Positions 23,516-37,465 of a stretch of 64,000 nucleotides of DNA are shown piece by piece. The stretch is from the NCBI GenBank assembly GCA_002633005.1, contig NMRA01000862.1:1-64000 (forward strand), given 5' to 3'. The stretch's first letter is position 1. Every line of letters begins with the position of its first letter. Origin of the DNA: Phoronis australis. Its lineage: Eukaryota; Animalia; Phoronida. The position numbers were made by a program, and so were the translations under genes. The notes beneath the pieces were generated by a model, which saw only the letters and a program-made list of their open reading frames with translations, was not told the origin of the DNA and did no database searches.

Positions 23516-25687
23516 ACACAGTAGATAATTATGTTATTACAGGAGGTAGACTTTGGAAATTAACAATACTGATTACAAAGAGACAATGTTATTTTGAACG
23601 CGTGATGCATAATTGCAAACATTCGAGAATGAAGAAAAGAGGGGACCGGGTTGGAAAGCGGGACATCTGTTAGACATCTGTTACAATCCGTTTTATGCAG
23701 TTTATAACTAAACTTAAGCGGGGAAGTATCTTTCAGCAAGTGTTTGACCGGTGTTATGGATTTCACTTTTACGACTCCGAAAGGTGTAATTAAACCAGGC
23801 AATGAAACACGATTATTGCACTGATTCACTATTCGACGACTGCTTTAGGTTTACTTTGCACTGCCGTTGGCAACCTAGGTAGTAACGGTTGATTGTATCT
23901 AGAGGGTGCTTAATCGAATTGTTGTACTCTTGATGTATGTAATGCACAGTGTTTAAAGGCAAACAGGGGTTTCAAAGATTTACCCAGATAGTTTTTAGCG
24001 TAAATTGACCTATCGCAAGCTCCGCCCCTCTGCGAAAAGTCACGCAGCACCCGACAAACAAACAAGATGTCAGAGGAAAATACATGTACACTGTCGCTAA
24101 ACGACGTTCCTGGTTGTATCAATGAATGCTTTTTTTGCACTCACCGAAAACGCCTCGACAAAAGGCAACAGCCTATGCATTTCAGCAGAGAATCGTACGT
24201 TCATGATGTGGGAATTTGTAAAGGCGACGATGAAAAAATAAGTGTTCGAGGATAAGTATTTCGGAGCCAGCGACTAGATGAGCCCTGCACGTCTCCTACA
24301 CTGACAAATGACAAGGCCACTGATGCGATATGTTCATGTAAAGCTTTAAGTCGAATTATCTGCACGATGTCATAGATTTTAGGATCTTTCGAACATAATC
24401 AGCGAAGATTCACCGACAATTTTCTTCTGCCGTCTGCTAAAGTCCTCCAAATTAAAAGTAGGTCACAAGTGGTGAAACTTCCCAAATTAAAGTAGGTGGG
24501 GTTGATCGATGCCATTGTTTAAGTTTTTCTAATCTTCGGACGAATTATTTTGATTAAATAAACTCTAGTTCATAGCCCAAGTGCACACTCGTCTTGTGCT
24601 AGGCAAGCAGTTAGCTCCGGTAGGTCTAGGGCTGTGTCTAAGTCAAATTAATACATGAAATGGCCATAATTACAGTACACCATTAGGCATTTACTTAGGC
24701 CTACATTGTATTTTCTGATGAACTTCGCATTTTTGTAGTTCCATTGCATAAAGGTAGCTTTCACTTAATGTTAAACGTATCATGATCACTAAGCTGTGGT
24801 ATGGTTGCAAAATATGACATCTGGTGTAGTGGCAAAAATGGCTATTTACAAATATCAAACTATTTTTCGAAGCTTCATAAATCAAAATATCGAGTTTGAA
24901 CAACTTCAAAATGAGATCTCGCTAACTTTACAGGCGAAGTAGAGGTTCTCATCAAAAAGTAATTCAATTGTTTATTTTTTCGGGACAACAACTCGAACAA
25001 GTCTTTGAGTTCAGTCCAGTGCCCCTCCCTGTGCCGATCAATTTTGGAGGAAAGTTCAGATCAACGCCAGCCTACTGGCAAAAAAAAACAAAAAAATCCT
25101 CTGCTACGAAACAAAACAATGCCCATTTGGTCGAAATAAACGAAAAATAATAAAAATGTTCTTAAAAACAACAGTTTCCGGGGATTACCGTTAGATAGCG
25201 CTGAAGAACTAAGGTGGTCAGACGAGTGAAACTCCGATATCAAAATCAGATCGGCCTACACTATAGCTACCAAAATGAAAAGTGCGTATCTTGGAACAAA
25301 TATATTTGTGTTTGACCTTCGAGTAATCAAGCAACATTGCTAAGTTCGGCTTACAAGATGCCTAAAAAATGACGGGATATTCTTCTCGAGCTGCATGACG
25401 GCTGTCGGAATTACACACGCATATAATCACCGTTTCACCATTCTTATCACACAGTTTCTTGAGCTATACACCAAAATACGTTTTACACGACAATTACTTG
25501 TCGTTTTTCGGGTAAATGGGCAGCTTGCAAACGCAGACCATGGTGTGTCAAGAATGCTGCGTTCTAATTGGTCAGTTACGCCGTCAATCGTAATCTTGGC
25601 GATAGGCCAATTGGCTCAATGCACGTATTGCTGTCTGTCTTAATATGGCTGAGATCAATGTGTGAAACTATACAATTTATAATTTAG

Positions 25688-26354
25688 ATCTCGCTATCTG
25701 GAATGTCTGGTCGCCATGCTCACGTTTGTGTCGGAGGTACCGAAAGACGGACAAGGAACTGCACGAACCTTCTGTCAACCATTTTATCTCTAAACAATGC
25801 TTTCAACGTTTCCCAAGGAATTGCTTGCTATAATTCCTCGTCCCCCATAAATGGCAGCTGGTCAGAATGGAAAGTTGCTGTTCAGTGCTCCACCCCTTGT
25901 GGCAATGGAGCACAACTACTCATGCGAAACTGCACGAACCCCCCGCCATCTAACGGTGGATTTGACTGCATCGAAACAAGATATTTAGTGACAACCTGTA
26001 ATCTTCAGTCTTGTTATGTTAAAGGAAATTTGACGGCTTGGTCTCAGTGGTCGAATTGCTCAGGGGAGTGTTGGAATTCTTCTAGGAACAGGACACGGAC
26101 ATGTTCAAACCCTTCTGGAAGTCGAATACTTGAATGTACTGGAAACGCCACTGAATCAGCCCCGTGTGTATGTCCTGTCAAACGCGGCTGGTCCAAGTGG
26201 TCCCGGTGGTCTAACTGCTCGAGCGCATGCGCATGCGGAGTTGCCTTCCGTAACAGAAGTCGGACCTGCTGTAGTCCGGTAGAGGTCTCTGAGAGAACAG
26301 ACTGTCAGGGAAACTACACGAAAGCAGTGAAATGTTCTTTGTCATCGTGCGCAC
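25688..26354 (+). pseudogene. TSP1-repeat exon (4 TSP1 domains; hemicentin/coadhesin-type repeats) with frameshift near the 5' end
   Basis: tttag|AT acceptor (phase 1, matching the previous exon) reads DLAIWNVWSPCSRLC, then shifts frame into GGTERRTRNC..., NGSWSEW..CSTPCGNG..RNCTNPPPSNGG, WSQWSNCS..RNRTRTC, GWSKWSRWSNCS; donor C|gtacgt. Confidence 0.85.
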
Positions 26355-26481
26355 GTACGTAACAGTTTCATTCTAGCATAATTTGGAATTGTTTCTAGAA
26401 GGGAAGCTTATGAGATGCACAAAACCTCAATTTGATTTACTCTGGAATAATTGATAACAACACGTCGTCAGCAAACACGCT

Positions 26482-26616
26482 CAGTGCTGTAGTGGGGCGT
26501 AGGCGAACGTAGGCGCAGCCAACTACCTTTTAGCACCATAAGTCACGCTCAGTGCTCAAGGTGATACGGTGGGCTTTGGGCGCTTACTTACCTCTAATTT
26601 TACCACTACAGTACTG
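26482..26616. mobile_element. hAT-type MITE
   Basis: TIR cagtgctgtagtgg / ccactacagtactg; 8-bp flanks aacacgct / cgcacgct (degenerate TSD). Confidence 0.65.
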
Positions 26617-27569
26617 CGCACGCTTATTTAAATTCCCTGAATGAAGTTAATGATGTAACTTCTTACCCATGTAGCATTGATCTGAGTTCATTAACGAGGC
26701 ACTTCATGTTAGTTAGCTGACAAGGATTTTCATGTTATTTTAATTAAGTGTATTTTAACTTCAATTTTTGCAGGTCTCTTTATTTACTACGCACCTCTGG
26801 TTTTTCATTGTTTTCTTCCTCAATTTCTTTGCATTTAAATCGTAGATGTGAAGGGATACACCAACGCTCGATACCACGAACCCAAAAAATCATTGGCATG
26901 TCATTTGACTTGAGTCGTCAATTTATAGAGTCGTGTCTCATTAAGTTTTGGTTATTGTGTGCACTGGTTTGCAAACACGGATCTGCTATTCCGGTTTCTT
27001 CTGAAGCTTTAAGTTCGTGAATGTTTATTCAACATGTGTTGCGTGTGGTGAATGAGAGATTTCAGGTTTGAGCTGTTACCACCGGCAGCACACAACCACA
27101 AGCAAGCTCTTGGGAATTCTTGAACAGTGAAGCATCAACTTGGAGTCATGCTCGAGTCTGCCGCTACAAACTACATAGAGCCAGGATGCTTATTAGGCAT
27201 GTAGCTGATGGCACCAAATATTCCTCTCAAGATTACATAAAGGCGCCGTTTTGGGACAAACGGAAAGGCTACATCTACATGTACGTTGGGCATTGACGCA
27301 ATCAGAGGTGACAGTCAAGTAAAATAGAAGGGAGACTTAAGCAGCAATTTCTGAGAGTACATATGGAATCAAAAAATCTACACGAACCGTCGCACAATTG
27401 ACTGAAATGTTACCAGTGGATTCTCATCCACCTCAAACGACACCAACCATCATAATACACTCATTGACCTCTTCGTCTATTTTCTGTACGCCATTAAATT
27501 TTCACTTGAAACATGCAAAATTCTCAGCTTAAAAATTACCTCTTTTGGTAACTAATCCGAGTGGGTAAG

Positions 27570-28895
27570 CGACTTTCGTGGATTTTAAGGCAGCTTATGA
27601 CAGTATATATAGAAGCGCATTGTATTTTAAATTAAGAAACAATCGCATAGAAGGTAAGATGTATAAGATAATAAAAGCAATGTACGCTGAAGTAAAAGCG
27701 TCCGTGAGAATGAGTAACGGAAGCTACACGGAGTTCTTTGATTGTCATAATGGTCTAAAACAAGGCTCTCAGCTATCACCGTTTTTGTTTATTTTATTTA
27801 TAAACGATCTCGAACAAGAATTAGAATCCGGGGGAGGTGAAACAATTTCCATGGGATCAGCTGAATTATTGCATCTGCTGTTTGCTGATGATTTGGTTTT
27901 ATTNNNNNNNNNNNNNNNNNNNNNNNNNNNNNNNNNNNNNNNNNNNNNNNNNNNNNNNNNNNNNNNNNNNNNNNNNNNNNNNNNNNNNNNNNNNNNNNNN
28001 NNNNNNNNNNNNNNNNNNNNNNNNNNNNNNNNNNNNNNNNNNNNNNNNNNNNNNNNNNNNNNNNNNNNNNNNNNNNNNNNNNNNNNNNNNNNNNNNNNNN
28101 NNNNNNNNNNNNNNNNNNNNNNNNNNNNNNNNNNNNNNNNNNNNNNNNNNNNNNNNNNNNNNNNNNNNNNNNNNNNNNNNNNNNNNNNNNNNNNNNNNNN
28201 NNNNNNNNNNNNNNNNNNNNNNNNNNNNNNNNNNNNNNNNNNNNNNNNNNNNNNNNNNNNNNNNNNNNNNNNNNNNNNNNNNNNNNNNNNNNNNNNNNNN
28301 NNNNNNNNNNNNNNNNNNNNNNNNNNNNNNNNNNNNNNNNNNNNNNNNNNNNNNNNNNATATCACTTTTTAAACAAAGATGCAAAGATATTGATCAGCAA
28401 AAATGGCAAGATATTTTGAACAATTCGATTAAGCTGGAAACTTACAGAACTTTTAAGTTAAATATATGTTTTGAAAACTATTTAGATGTAATTGACAATG
28501 TAAATGTTAGATCTGATATGGTGAGATTGAGATGTTCAGCGCATGCACTAATGATTGAAAAGGGTAGACACTTGAAACTTAACAGAACAGAAAGGTTACG
28601 CCCTCTCTGTGTTAGGACATATATCGAGTCAGAATATCATTTTGTTATCGAATGCCCATTCTACGATGACCATAGGAAACGATATTTGCCTGCTACAACA
28701 ATCCCAATGTTACAAAATTCAACAGACTCATGACTATGGAGGAAAAAGATCTTATATGGTCAACATGTAAATATGTTCATTTCGCATTCAAGCGAAGAAG
28801 AATTCGGTTTACTTCTAGTGTTTGACACTTATCTTTATTGTATTTGATGATTTGATTGTAACAAGGGCCGGAGGCCTAGTTATTGAATAAAATAT
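27570..28895 (+). mobile_element. 5'-truncated non-LTR retrotransposon (RTE-X-like LINE), spanning a gap
   Basis: RT motifs DFKAAYDSI, GLKQGSQLSPFLFILFINDL, LLFADD; after the gap KLETYRTFK..ENYL..RLRCSAHALMIEKGRH..IESEYHFVIECPFY; 3' end gggccggaggcct...aataaa. Confidence 0.85.
27904..28358. other. Assembly gap
   Basis: Run of N. Confidence 1.
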
Positions 28896-29274
28896 ACATA
28901 TATAATATAATATTATTAGATATTGTAAGTAAGTATAATATTCATTCCACAGTCCAAAGAAATAATTTTCAAAGAAATAAGATCACCCCCTTCGTGGGGA
29001 TACTCGCTTTGTCATACCTCCTTATTCGAACCAAAAAATTGGTACGGTATAACAAGCTTTAACAAAATCAATCTTGATCTTTGTAGACAATGAATCAAAG
29101 TTACAATAATAGAGGTCAAGCGTTTGGTCTTTTTTGATTTCACGCATACAAATTCAACTAAAAATACGCATTTTTGGCTGCCAAGTGTCAAGTACTTGTT
29201 GTAATTGCTCAGTAATATAAAATACAAACAGTGACTGAATGTTTTTAATAGGCTGTAGAAACATTTTTAGATTA

Positions 29275-30152
29275 CAGAATTACCTTATTTACAGTTTCTT
29301 TGCTCTCAGACTGGTTGGTTGTATCAGAGTTGTCAGACTCTTAGTGCAGCGGGTATTTTCATCAAGTGACACCTTGTGGCGCTGCAGTGCTTGATCTTCC
29401 TGTTTATGGAAACATGTCTGCTGTAGTGGGCAGTTTTAAAGGTATTCCCCATGACAATGCTCATATGATGAGGTCTTTATCAATGTGGGAAGCTACGCAA
29501 GAAGTGTAGCAGAGCATTTGCAATCTGCTAGACAGTAATGTGAGTTAGCCAGATTTTGAATATGAAGTTAACCTGTCCAGAGTGGGCGCGTATGATATCT
29601 TGCTCGGAGCACACATGCAGAAGTGCACCTTGACCAGCTCTCTTCATAAGAAGCCGGTGGATGTGCTGATGCTCCAAACACATTCGGGGCAGACACCCCA
29701 TGCCACGAAATGTCACGAATTGCACGTTTCCCTCACGAGATCGCACGTGTGTGTGTCAATGCCCGAGAGAGCATTTATTTCAAAAAAATAAAGCGAACAA
29801 TATGTTGTGAATCCGTGCATCGAACGCTATATCAAACACGCATAATCTGGATAGAGTGAGTTCATATTCAAAAACTGGCTCACTCACATCATAAATATAT
29901 CGTACATGCTCGGATGCACTTGTTGTGCATCTTCCCGCTATGATTGACAACTCTTCATTTGAACAGTTTCATAGAGAATTCCTTTTGAAGCTTCACACAA
30001 CAGCAGCCATATTTTCATGAACAGGAAGTTCTAATAAATGTAGCTCCAAAGGTTTTACTTGTTGCAATTACCATGTAGACTAAGAGTGTGATGACAGCTG
30101 CGATTCAACCAACCAGTCTGAGAGCAAATGAACTGTAAACAAGATAATTCTG
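29275..30152. mobile_element. Foldback MITE with ~340-bp imperfect inverted arms
   Basis: cagaattaccttatttacagtttctttgctctcagactggttggttg at 29275 is the reverse complement of caaccaaccagtctgagagcaaatgaactgtaaacaagataattctg ending at 30152; homology continues inward (atgtgagttagccagattttgaatatgaa vs ttcatattcaaaaactggctcactcacat). Confidence 0.85.
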
Positions 30153-30415
30153 CACACTAAATTAAGTCTCCACTGGCAATTAAGAAACTGTCGCTATTTT
30201 TTACTTTAAATTGTTGAGCAATTACAACAAGTACATTTTGCAACCGAAAAGGTGCATTTTCAGTTGAATTTATACATGCATGCATGAAATCAGAAAAGAC
30301 CAAATGTTTGACCTTTATTATCGTCATTTTTATGCATCGTCTAAAAATTTCAAGAGTCATTATGCTACAGGTGTACAGTTTTCTATATCCTAACCAATAT
30401 TTATTTTGAATTTGG

Positions 30416-30745
30416 GTACTTAAATTACATGCGAGTGGTACGACAAAACGAGTGGGCTAATTTCATTTCTTTGAAATTTGTAGTTTGGGACTGGGAGATG
30501 AATATTATATACAGTGTATGTCTACACAGTGTAAAATACATGTATCAATCCCTTATATACACGGATTAATGCTATTTCAAAAAGATTTCATTTTGAGCTG
30601 GAATTTTTCCACCTTTCAAGTAAAAATTTCAGGATAACGTAGATGACAATGAGTGTTTTATGGTGGTTGTTGTCGTTTGAGGTGGATATGAATCCACTGT
30701 TAAATTTTCAGCCAAATCCTTGATGGGTCATGTAGATTTTTTTTA
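30416..30745 (+). repeat. Dispersed repeat, homologous to 36943-37270
   Basis: gtacttaaatta...tacgacaaaacgagtg...tttctttgaaa...tgaggtggata...tccactg shared by both loci. Confidence 0.75.
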
Positions 30746-32046
30746 TTCCTTAGGTTCTCTCAGCAACTGCTTCTTAGCGACTGGTTGCCTGTACATGTGT
30801 ATGGACATCACTGTTCATTTGCAAACAAAACTAAATGGTTGGTGGGACAAATATTGGTACACGGATACCTTGATCGGTCTCCATAAACAACATGAACATT
30901 AGTGTTAGTATATTGTGTGGCGCCGCAACTTTTCTTAAGGTATGTCTATTGGGTAATATTGGTCGGGGTCACATCTGAGAAATGCATGATCGAGAATCAA
31001 CTTGACCTGCTTGGCGTGAGCATTACTTGTTGGGATGGGGATGCCTAAAGCTAATTTCTCGCGTGCTTTGCGAGATCATCTAGTCGTCCCATGTCAACAA
31101 TGCGTCTATGTACAGTAATCGAGAATCGACTACATCTGCTTGGCATTTAAAGGGTACTTGTTTTTACGGCAAAAAAGCATTTTTGGAATCATTGTTGCAT
31201 GGGTAACACTTCTTAAATTCATTAGCTTTGACCAGATTTTCAGATATTATTACAAATCACCAATTCCCTTCCGGACTTACGCTGAAGTCAAGACATGTGT
31301 ATTTACCAGCACTCAGCTAATAGTAAGACGTGGCCTTGGCGGCGAACCATAAGGGACTGGAGGTTATAGCCGCCACTTATTTCAATGCTGCGCCTCCCAT
31401 GGTGGGGAATGATTCACCATTTCACCTTAGTACAAACCATATGACAAAAACATTGCTTGACAATTCAGTTCCCATATTTCCCTGACCTTATCATGTAGCC
31501 AACTCTTACAGTGTTCCCTCGTGCATTTTGGGGTTTGGCAGTTAGCTAATGTGAAATGTATACCACAAACGTCTAACTGAATGAGCACTTTTTATGCCGA
31601 ATAGTCTGGATTTTTTTTAATTTTGAAGGAAAACTTCCCGCAAAATTGATGTAATGGGTGGAAGACATTTGGTCAAGTGACAATCAATTGCAATAGCGAA
31701 CTGGCCAATTATTATTAAGACAGGGAGGAGGGAGGATATGGGCATCGCACTCTAAGCACTTGAATAATCAAACAATGAGTTCGATTTCCAAGATAGCGAA
31801 CTTTCGTCGGTTTTGAAGCCGTATAAACTCGACACACTTGCACGGGAAACGCTGCAGACACAACCAACATTACCCAGGGGTGGCCAATATTCCCAAAATA
31901 GAGCTTAATAATCACTGACAAAGGTCACAGTAAACTTGGGCTACTCGTATTCGCTATTGCCATGATGGAATGAGCTCGGTCTAAACACAATGCATACGCC
32001 TACGTCGTAGCAGTTGATCTGGGCCTGGCATCATTCGCCCTAGAAT

Positions 32047-32560
32047 TAAAGGAAGCAGTTTGTTCATTATTAATGGTATTTGTGAGTACACTTACAAGGT
32101 GACGAGTCTTTCATCGTAACTCCATTTTTTATGTTTGGTCGAAACACGATTCCTTGAAATGAGCCGAATAAATTGTGGCTCCCGACTGAAAATCGTACGC
32201 TCCACAATGAAATTCCACACTCTCGTGTGGAGGACAAACCGATGCCATTTCTGTGCAACTTTCACGCATTTAGGAAATTCAAACAAAGAAACGTTCTCAG
32301 TCAAGTTTCCGTTACTACAGCCTCCACAAAAGCACATTTTCATGTCTGAAAAAGGCGGCTCTCCGCGGACTATGCTCACAACTCCTCAGTATCGCTCTGG
32401 CAAAAACAACAACGGCGGGGACGGTGTTACACCCATTACGTACAACCCCGATAACAGAAAAAAAATATATTTGTTTTAAGTTTTTGGCTTGTTTCTTAGC
32501 AACAGGTATACTAAAGGCTATTAGATCACCTAAGATGTATTAATAAAATTCTTTTTGAGA
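32047..32560 (-). mobile_element. Non-autonomous THAP-bearing DNA transposon relic (Kolobok-like)
   Basis: Minus ORF 32092-32379 contains CFCGGCSN...VSLFEFPK...KWHRFV..R.W (THAP zinc finger); left edge ttaa|AGG terminus; right boundary uncertain. Confidence 0.5.
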
Positions 32561-33829
32561 CACAGGTTCATGGTGGGAACTCTTTGAAACTTAATGGGCT
32601 GTGCGCTTCTTCAGTTTCCCATCCGAGAAAACCAACAATGTACAAAGCGTCATAGAAGAAAGCGGGTGCCAGCGGCAGAAACAACGATACTTGTGCAGCG
32701 AGACTCTGTGCAGATACGTCGAAGGGAACGTCGTATACGTATACGTGTAGGTACCTAAAAGTTTGCACAGAGATTTAACAATGAGGGATTGTGTGCAAAT
32801 GATATGTAATTCACGTTTCACGTTGTGTCTTTACAGGTCGCCCAGACATTGCACACCAACTGTCCAGTATTTTGCGAAGGTTCAGTGCTGAGAGTTCAGC
32901 AGATCCTATCCACTATCTGGCTGCGATAACTTAAATCATATTTCCCAAGGTGCCTGATTGATCGTCGAGGTCACCAAGATTTCAGTATCCACCTCCTTTG
33001 AATTTTATCCCGTCATTTGCAAATGCTCGATGCCAGTTGCTTGACCTTGACTTGTACAGCATGATAGCGGAAGTGCGAGTAAACCATACAATCCTCTGTG
33101 GAGGGAAGAATTATAAGTTCTGGTGAAATTATATATTTACCCACACACACGAACTCCATGCAGAAATCTGCGTACTGTATTTATGTGTAATCGTTGCATT
33201 GTGGGTAAAAACGTCACGTGGATATTTTGTGGGTGTAAGACTGTAGTTGAATTTTGTCAACATTTATTTTGATGTTTAAATATATGTGACTAATAAATAA
33301 AACCAAAAGATTAGGATACTGGTAAAATGTTGTCTAGTTTCATTTGCAAGGTATTCAAAACTTCCCGAAATGGTAAAAAGAAAATTCAACAACTTTAACG
33401 GTCTACTGTGCTGGCCATTTACTGGCCTACGTTAATGACTACATTGGGTATCCTGTCAAAATTATGTTGCTTTTGGATGAACGAATTCTGTATTCGTATG
33501 AACATGCACGCGTTCTGTCAAAGCATTACATTTCCTTCGTACATATACATGTAGAAATACCATTAATTAATGATGGAATTACAGTACAAAAATATATACA
33601 AGTATTTCAAATGTAAAACAGTTACGTAATAACATTGCGTCATTTAACCAAAGGCTAGACATCGCTACAGATAAATGTAGGTCTTCCTCGCAAACGGATT
33701 ATGAAAACAAAGTTTCTCCAATTTTGGGTACACCAAGCTGAACTCCGGAAATATTCCATAATTAACCCGAACAATTCACCTTACAGTGCCCAGAGACAAA
33801 ATATCAGGTATTCCAAGCTGCTTTCATGT

Positions 33830-33978
33830 TACATGGCGAAAAAACGACAACTCAAAGTACCTTGGACGGCAGATGTGATTTTACAATTCCAAACTGCTTT
33901 CATACATGTATTACATGTACATGGAGAAAAAACGACAACTCAAAGTACCTTAGACGGCAGATGTGATTTTATAATTCT
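33830..33978. repeat. Short tandem duplication (~60-bp core, ~88-bp period)
   Basis: tacatgg.gaaaaaacgacaactcaaagtacctt.gacggcagatgtgatttta.aattc occurs twice. Confidence 0.85.
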
Positions 33979-34879
33979 CAGGGGTCTTTTTTATGAAAAG
34001 TGATCGAAGTCTTAAGACAGAAATTGTTTTTTTTTTGTAAGATAATAATTTGGTCTTAAAGCTCTACTTGAATTTTTCTGAAAAAATATCGAATATCATA
34101 TGAGCAAAAGAGCAGCCCTTGAGATTATACACATAACTGATAGTCACTGATATATTTTTATCGATTATTTCTAAACTGTAATGGGCTCATTATTACATGG
34201 TTAAATTTTCATTCAGTGAAGTGGGAACGTCTGAGTCTTAAATTACTGTCATCAAATAGTCTTTAGGATTCTCACATTAGCAAAATTGAACTTCATCAAA
34301 TTACGCTCTTCAAAACTAAGGTGACACCAAATTTGTTACCAAAATGCAAACCTTAACAGCATATAACAGTACCGTAAAGTTTAAATGAACCAGAGAGGTT
34401 ACGGAAATGACTAGTTCAGCCCTAAGAGAAATAATTTCAACGTTTCAAAAGATTTCTACCCTAAACACACAAAGGTTTTACAATACGGACCCCTCACACC
34501 TGCAAGGATAATTTCTTCGGGTATTCATTAAAAATTATAATTTTTATATATGTATAATTAATTGGATATTTCGTGCCGTTTGATACAACTACATTCTTCA
34601 GTAAAAATTCAGAATGCAGTGACATTTACGAAAAATGCAATAAAACTACTCCAAGTATATAAAGGCTTTCCGAAATTTGCAGATAGAGGTTTTTTGATAG
34701 ATATAAAATGGGCAAACATCAATCACGAGCTTTGAAGTGTACAATGGATAGCTCATCACATTGGTTGTACTGTAAGCCTTTCCATAAAAATTTAGAAATC
34801 AGTACATCCATTCCTTCACGCATGCACACCTCTGGAGAGACCATTCTCGTATCTCGTATATAGTAAACAACTGATTCAT

Positions 34880-36338
34880 GGAGTTAACGTGAACAATAAA
34901 ATTTTCGCAGAGAAGCTGTCATATAAAAAAATTTTATATGCAATTAATTTTTCACCGTTATAGTACTCATAAACATATGTACCAAAATAGTGAATAGGTT
35001 TATTTTTGTGACATCTCTCCTTGTAAACGTACTGTTTGGCTAGTAAAGGCAAAAGTTAAACAGAAAATCATGTGTCTCATAAAGTCCAAGAGTGACACGT
35101 TTGTATAAGAGACAGTTGGGAAGCTGAATGAGACACTTTTGAAGTAGTTTTCTGAATTCCATCAAAAATTCTTATACAGGGCGACATTCCCAAAAAAGGT
35201 GTGACGGCGTCTCTCGAGCTATATTACAAAAGGAACATAAACTAGAATCCCCATCATGGATTTTGACTACAAAATTATCTGTTGCAATAATCCTGTGTAA
35301 TATTCTAAATTGGAACCATTTAATCTTGGGATCCTATGTAATTTCAACCCTTCAAATCTTTTCGTAAGTAATCTCTAAATGCATGGAAAGAGAATAGACA
35401 TTAACACTTTTAAATTTATTTTGAAATAAATTTCTTTGAACCCTCCTTAGAACAGAAACAACACCATTATATTCTACGAATTTGATTTTTACAACGAACC
35501 CCTTTATCAAATGGTTTAAACTAACGAAATCGCCATCAGAGGTATACATGTACATATCTCTGATAAATCTTAAGCCTTTTACAAGACTTATAAAACACTT
35601 GTGCCTCCGATCTTCAAGTTGCTATTAAAACAGGAAAGTTGGTTCAAAAAGTCCTCTGCTCGCAACAATTATTTTCGTATGGAAAGATGTCATACTTTCA
35701 AATGCATCGCGGCAGTGGGAATTATCAAATAGAGTTAACTTCGACTTAATAAAGTCATCTCGAAATGAAGCAAAATTCTTTGAGAACGGGTAGAGTGAAT
35801 GCAGTAAGTCACCGCTTTAAGACACGGGACTTTTAAGATATCGAGTGGCAATTTTTTATTTTTTCCCGAAAGTGCATGTATGTATATTAACCATTTGAAG
35901 TCCCCTTGATCAAGTCCTAAACAGGCCGTAGTTCGTTTAATTTTATCATTACGAGCCTGCCATACAAATCTAAAAAATGCCGTATTCAATTCATCCAAGA
36001 CTTTTACTGGTGGATTTGACAACAAAATTTTAAATTTAAAAATAGCTAACTGTTAAATTCATCGCTTCCAACTTTTTAATTAAATACTTAATATCAAGTT
36101 ATTCTGGCAATAAAGTCTTTATGCGTCATACTATCCAATGCAGTGTCAAAATCCACCCCAAAAAGATTTCTTTGTCCAAGACAGACTTTCTTTTGTAGGA
36201 ATCACGTCATCACTACCAGTTTTACTTCCAAACGATATGGCTTTTGTTTTATCCACATTCACTTGGAGACCGGAGACACTACTAAACAAATGTAATACAT
36301 CCAATGTCTAAGTCAATGACAAATTCGACCCACCCAAC
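34880..36338 (-). mobile_element. Degenerate L1/Tx1-clade LINE ORF2 3' fragment
   Basis: Minus-strand motifs FSSVSGLQVNVDKTKAISFG, SNPPVKVLDELNTAFFRFVWQARNDKIKR, ETPSHLFWEC (C-terminal zinc knuckle) and AKQYVYK; multiple stops and frameshifts. Confidence 0.75.
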
Positions 36339-37454
36339 GTAATTGATGTGTCGCCCGCAAATTGCGAAAGCAAATATTCCTTATTTCCTGCAACTGCACA
36401 GCAGTATTTCTATTATTCTTTATTATATACGCCAAAAAGTAATGTCGTCTGTTCTACGCTATTATTTGGCTACACTCCTTCACAGTGCTGCGAAAGGTAA
36501 CACAGTCGAATGCTGTGTAAGAGGGCATCTCATCGGTTAAAGTAATGAAACTGACGTCATAACAATCAGTCATTCCCAGTGGTTGGAATTTGGGAAACCC
36601 CTTTCAGTTTCCTGTTACGTAGTATGGCGACCACCCCTGACTTGAATAGTTGCAATTTATTTAATCGGACACTGATCGAAGTAACCAAAATCAAGGGAAC
36701 CCTGGTACACTGGTTTAAGCCAAAAGAACTACGATGCATACAGGCGTGTGCAAGTGGTGGCGACCTATACTTCGACCAAGGGATGAGCATTGATGCCCAC
36801 ACAAGGAATTACGTGTGTCGTTCATCATGTTTCCACAGGAATACTTTTCAGTATAGGTGATGCTGTGTCAGAGGATAGCAAATAACCCAGCATTACACAT
36901 ACAAGTAATGCAACGCTTTCCAATTGCTTAGTTTGAGTTTGAGTACTTAAATTAGGTGATACGACAAAACGAGTGAGCCTACGAAGGGGTAATTTAGTTT
37001 CTTTGAAAACTATATTTTTGGACTGCCAGCGGAAAGAATATTTTGCTTGCCTACACAGTATCGAATATTAGTCCCTAATTTACACATATTAGCGCTGTTA
37101 ACAAAAGAGGTCATTGTTTAGCTGAAATTCTTGCATTTTTTAATTAATAGTTTAAGGGAGGCATAAAAGATTGACGGAAAGTTCAATCAGTGTATTGTGG
37201 TACTTGGTGTCGATTGAGGTGGATACGACGAGTCCACTGGTTAAACTTCAGGCAAATCTGTGGATTTTTTTAACCCATAGCTTTTAAAAAAATTGCAACT
37301 TAAATCTGTGGAGCCATAGAACTCAGTAGTGCCAGGACCTCGCTTAAATGAAAGACTTGTGTGAGATATTGTTGTGGATTAAAATGAGGGCACGTGATTT
37401 TTAGCGTGATCCTAGAGCAGGTCCAAGCTTTTCTGAACACTACCGAGGCTAGAG

Positions 37455-37465
37455 TATTATAAACA
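37455..37465 (+). promoter_or_regulatory. Candidate TATA box for the NIDO-sushi gene
   Basis: tattataaac ~170 nt upstream of the signal-peptide ATG at 37630. Confidence 0.3.
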
